A stretch of DNA of 64,000 nucleotides. Source: Camelus dromedarius. Taxonomy: Eukaryota. The DNA lies in contig NC_087438.1 of the NCBI RefSeq assembly GCF_036321535.1, positions 11,658,001-11,722,000 on the forward strand. The letters run 5' to 3'. The position numbers and the translations under genes were made by a program. Positions within the stretch are counted from its first letter, which is position 1, and the number at the start of each line of letters is the position of its first letter. Below are positions 63,702 to 64,000 of this stretch, in pieces. The notes beneath the pieces were generated by a model. It saw only the letters and a program-made list of their open reading frames with translations, made no database searches and was not told the DNA's origin.

Positions 63702-63995
63702 TCCTTACTTTCCTTTCTTTCTTTCTTTCTTTCCTTCCTTCCTTCCTTCCTTCCTTCCTTCCTTCCTTCCTTCCTTCCTTCCTTCCTTCTATTGAAGTAC
63801 AGTTGATTTATAATAGTGTATTAGTTTTAGGTGTAGTTATACACATAGTTATACACATACAGCATAGTTATACAATTATTTTTATAGGTTATACTCCATT
63901 TAAAGTATTATAAAATATGGGCTATATTCCCTATGCTGTACAGTATAACCTGGAAGCTTATTTACTTTACACGTAGCAGTTTGTGCCACTTAAGC
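63150..63995 (-). mobile_element. Composite B: MLT1F-like LTR, (TTTC)n(TTCC)n, L1 3' end
   Basis: tattatctcaccatttctgtggggcaggagtctggg...ggaagtgatattacatcac; microsatellite 63562-63790; L1 end attgaagtacagttgatttataat. Confidence 0.72.
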
Positions 63996-64000
63996 TAGGC

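Overview
Mammalian genomic DNA. It looks laurasiatherian/cetartiodactyl; a camelid is a tentative guess from the L1 3' ends and the absence of recognisable Alu, B1, Bov-tA, PRE1 or Can-SINE. The window holds the 5' half of MARCHF11 (MARCH11, a RING-CH membrane E3 ubiquitin ligase) on the minus strand: a CpG-island promoter (~48.3-49.9 kb), coding exon 1 (48996-48442), a 1192-nt intron 1, exon 2 (47249-47094) and over 47 kb of intron 2. I could not find the transmembrane-coding exons, so they presumably lie left of the window. The rest is mostly old L1, L2, MIR, MaLR/ERV LTRs, DNA-transposon relics and microsatellites. The best non-coding signal is a perfect 21/21 RE1/NRSE (REST) site in intron 1. 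Other oddities are an internal L1 ORF2 fragment with a clean TSD but no poly(A), an L1 that keeps both termini but lacks most of ORF1/ORF2, a repeated MLT1-microsatellite-L1 composite, and two small CpG-retaining patches. I see no convincing evidence of a wholly new biological system. Repeat family names come from recalled consensus sequences, not database searches, and repeat boundaries are approximate.
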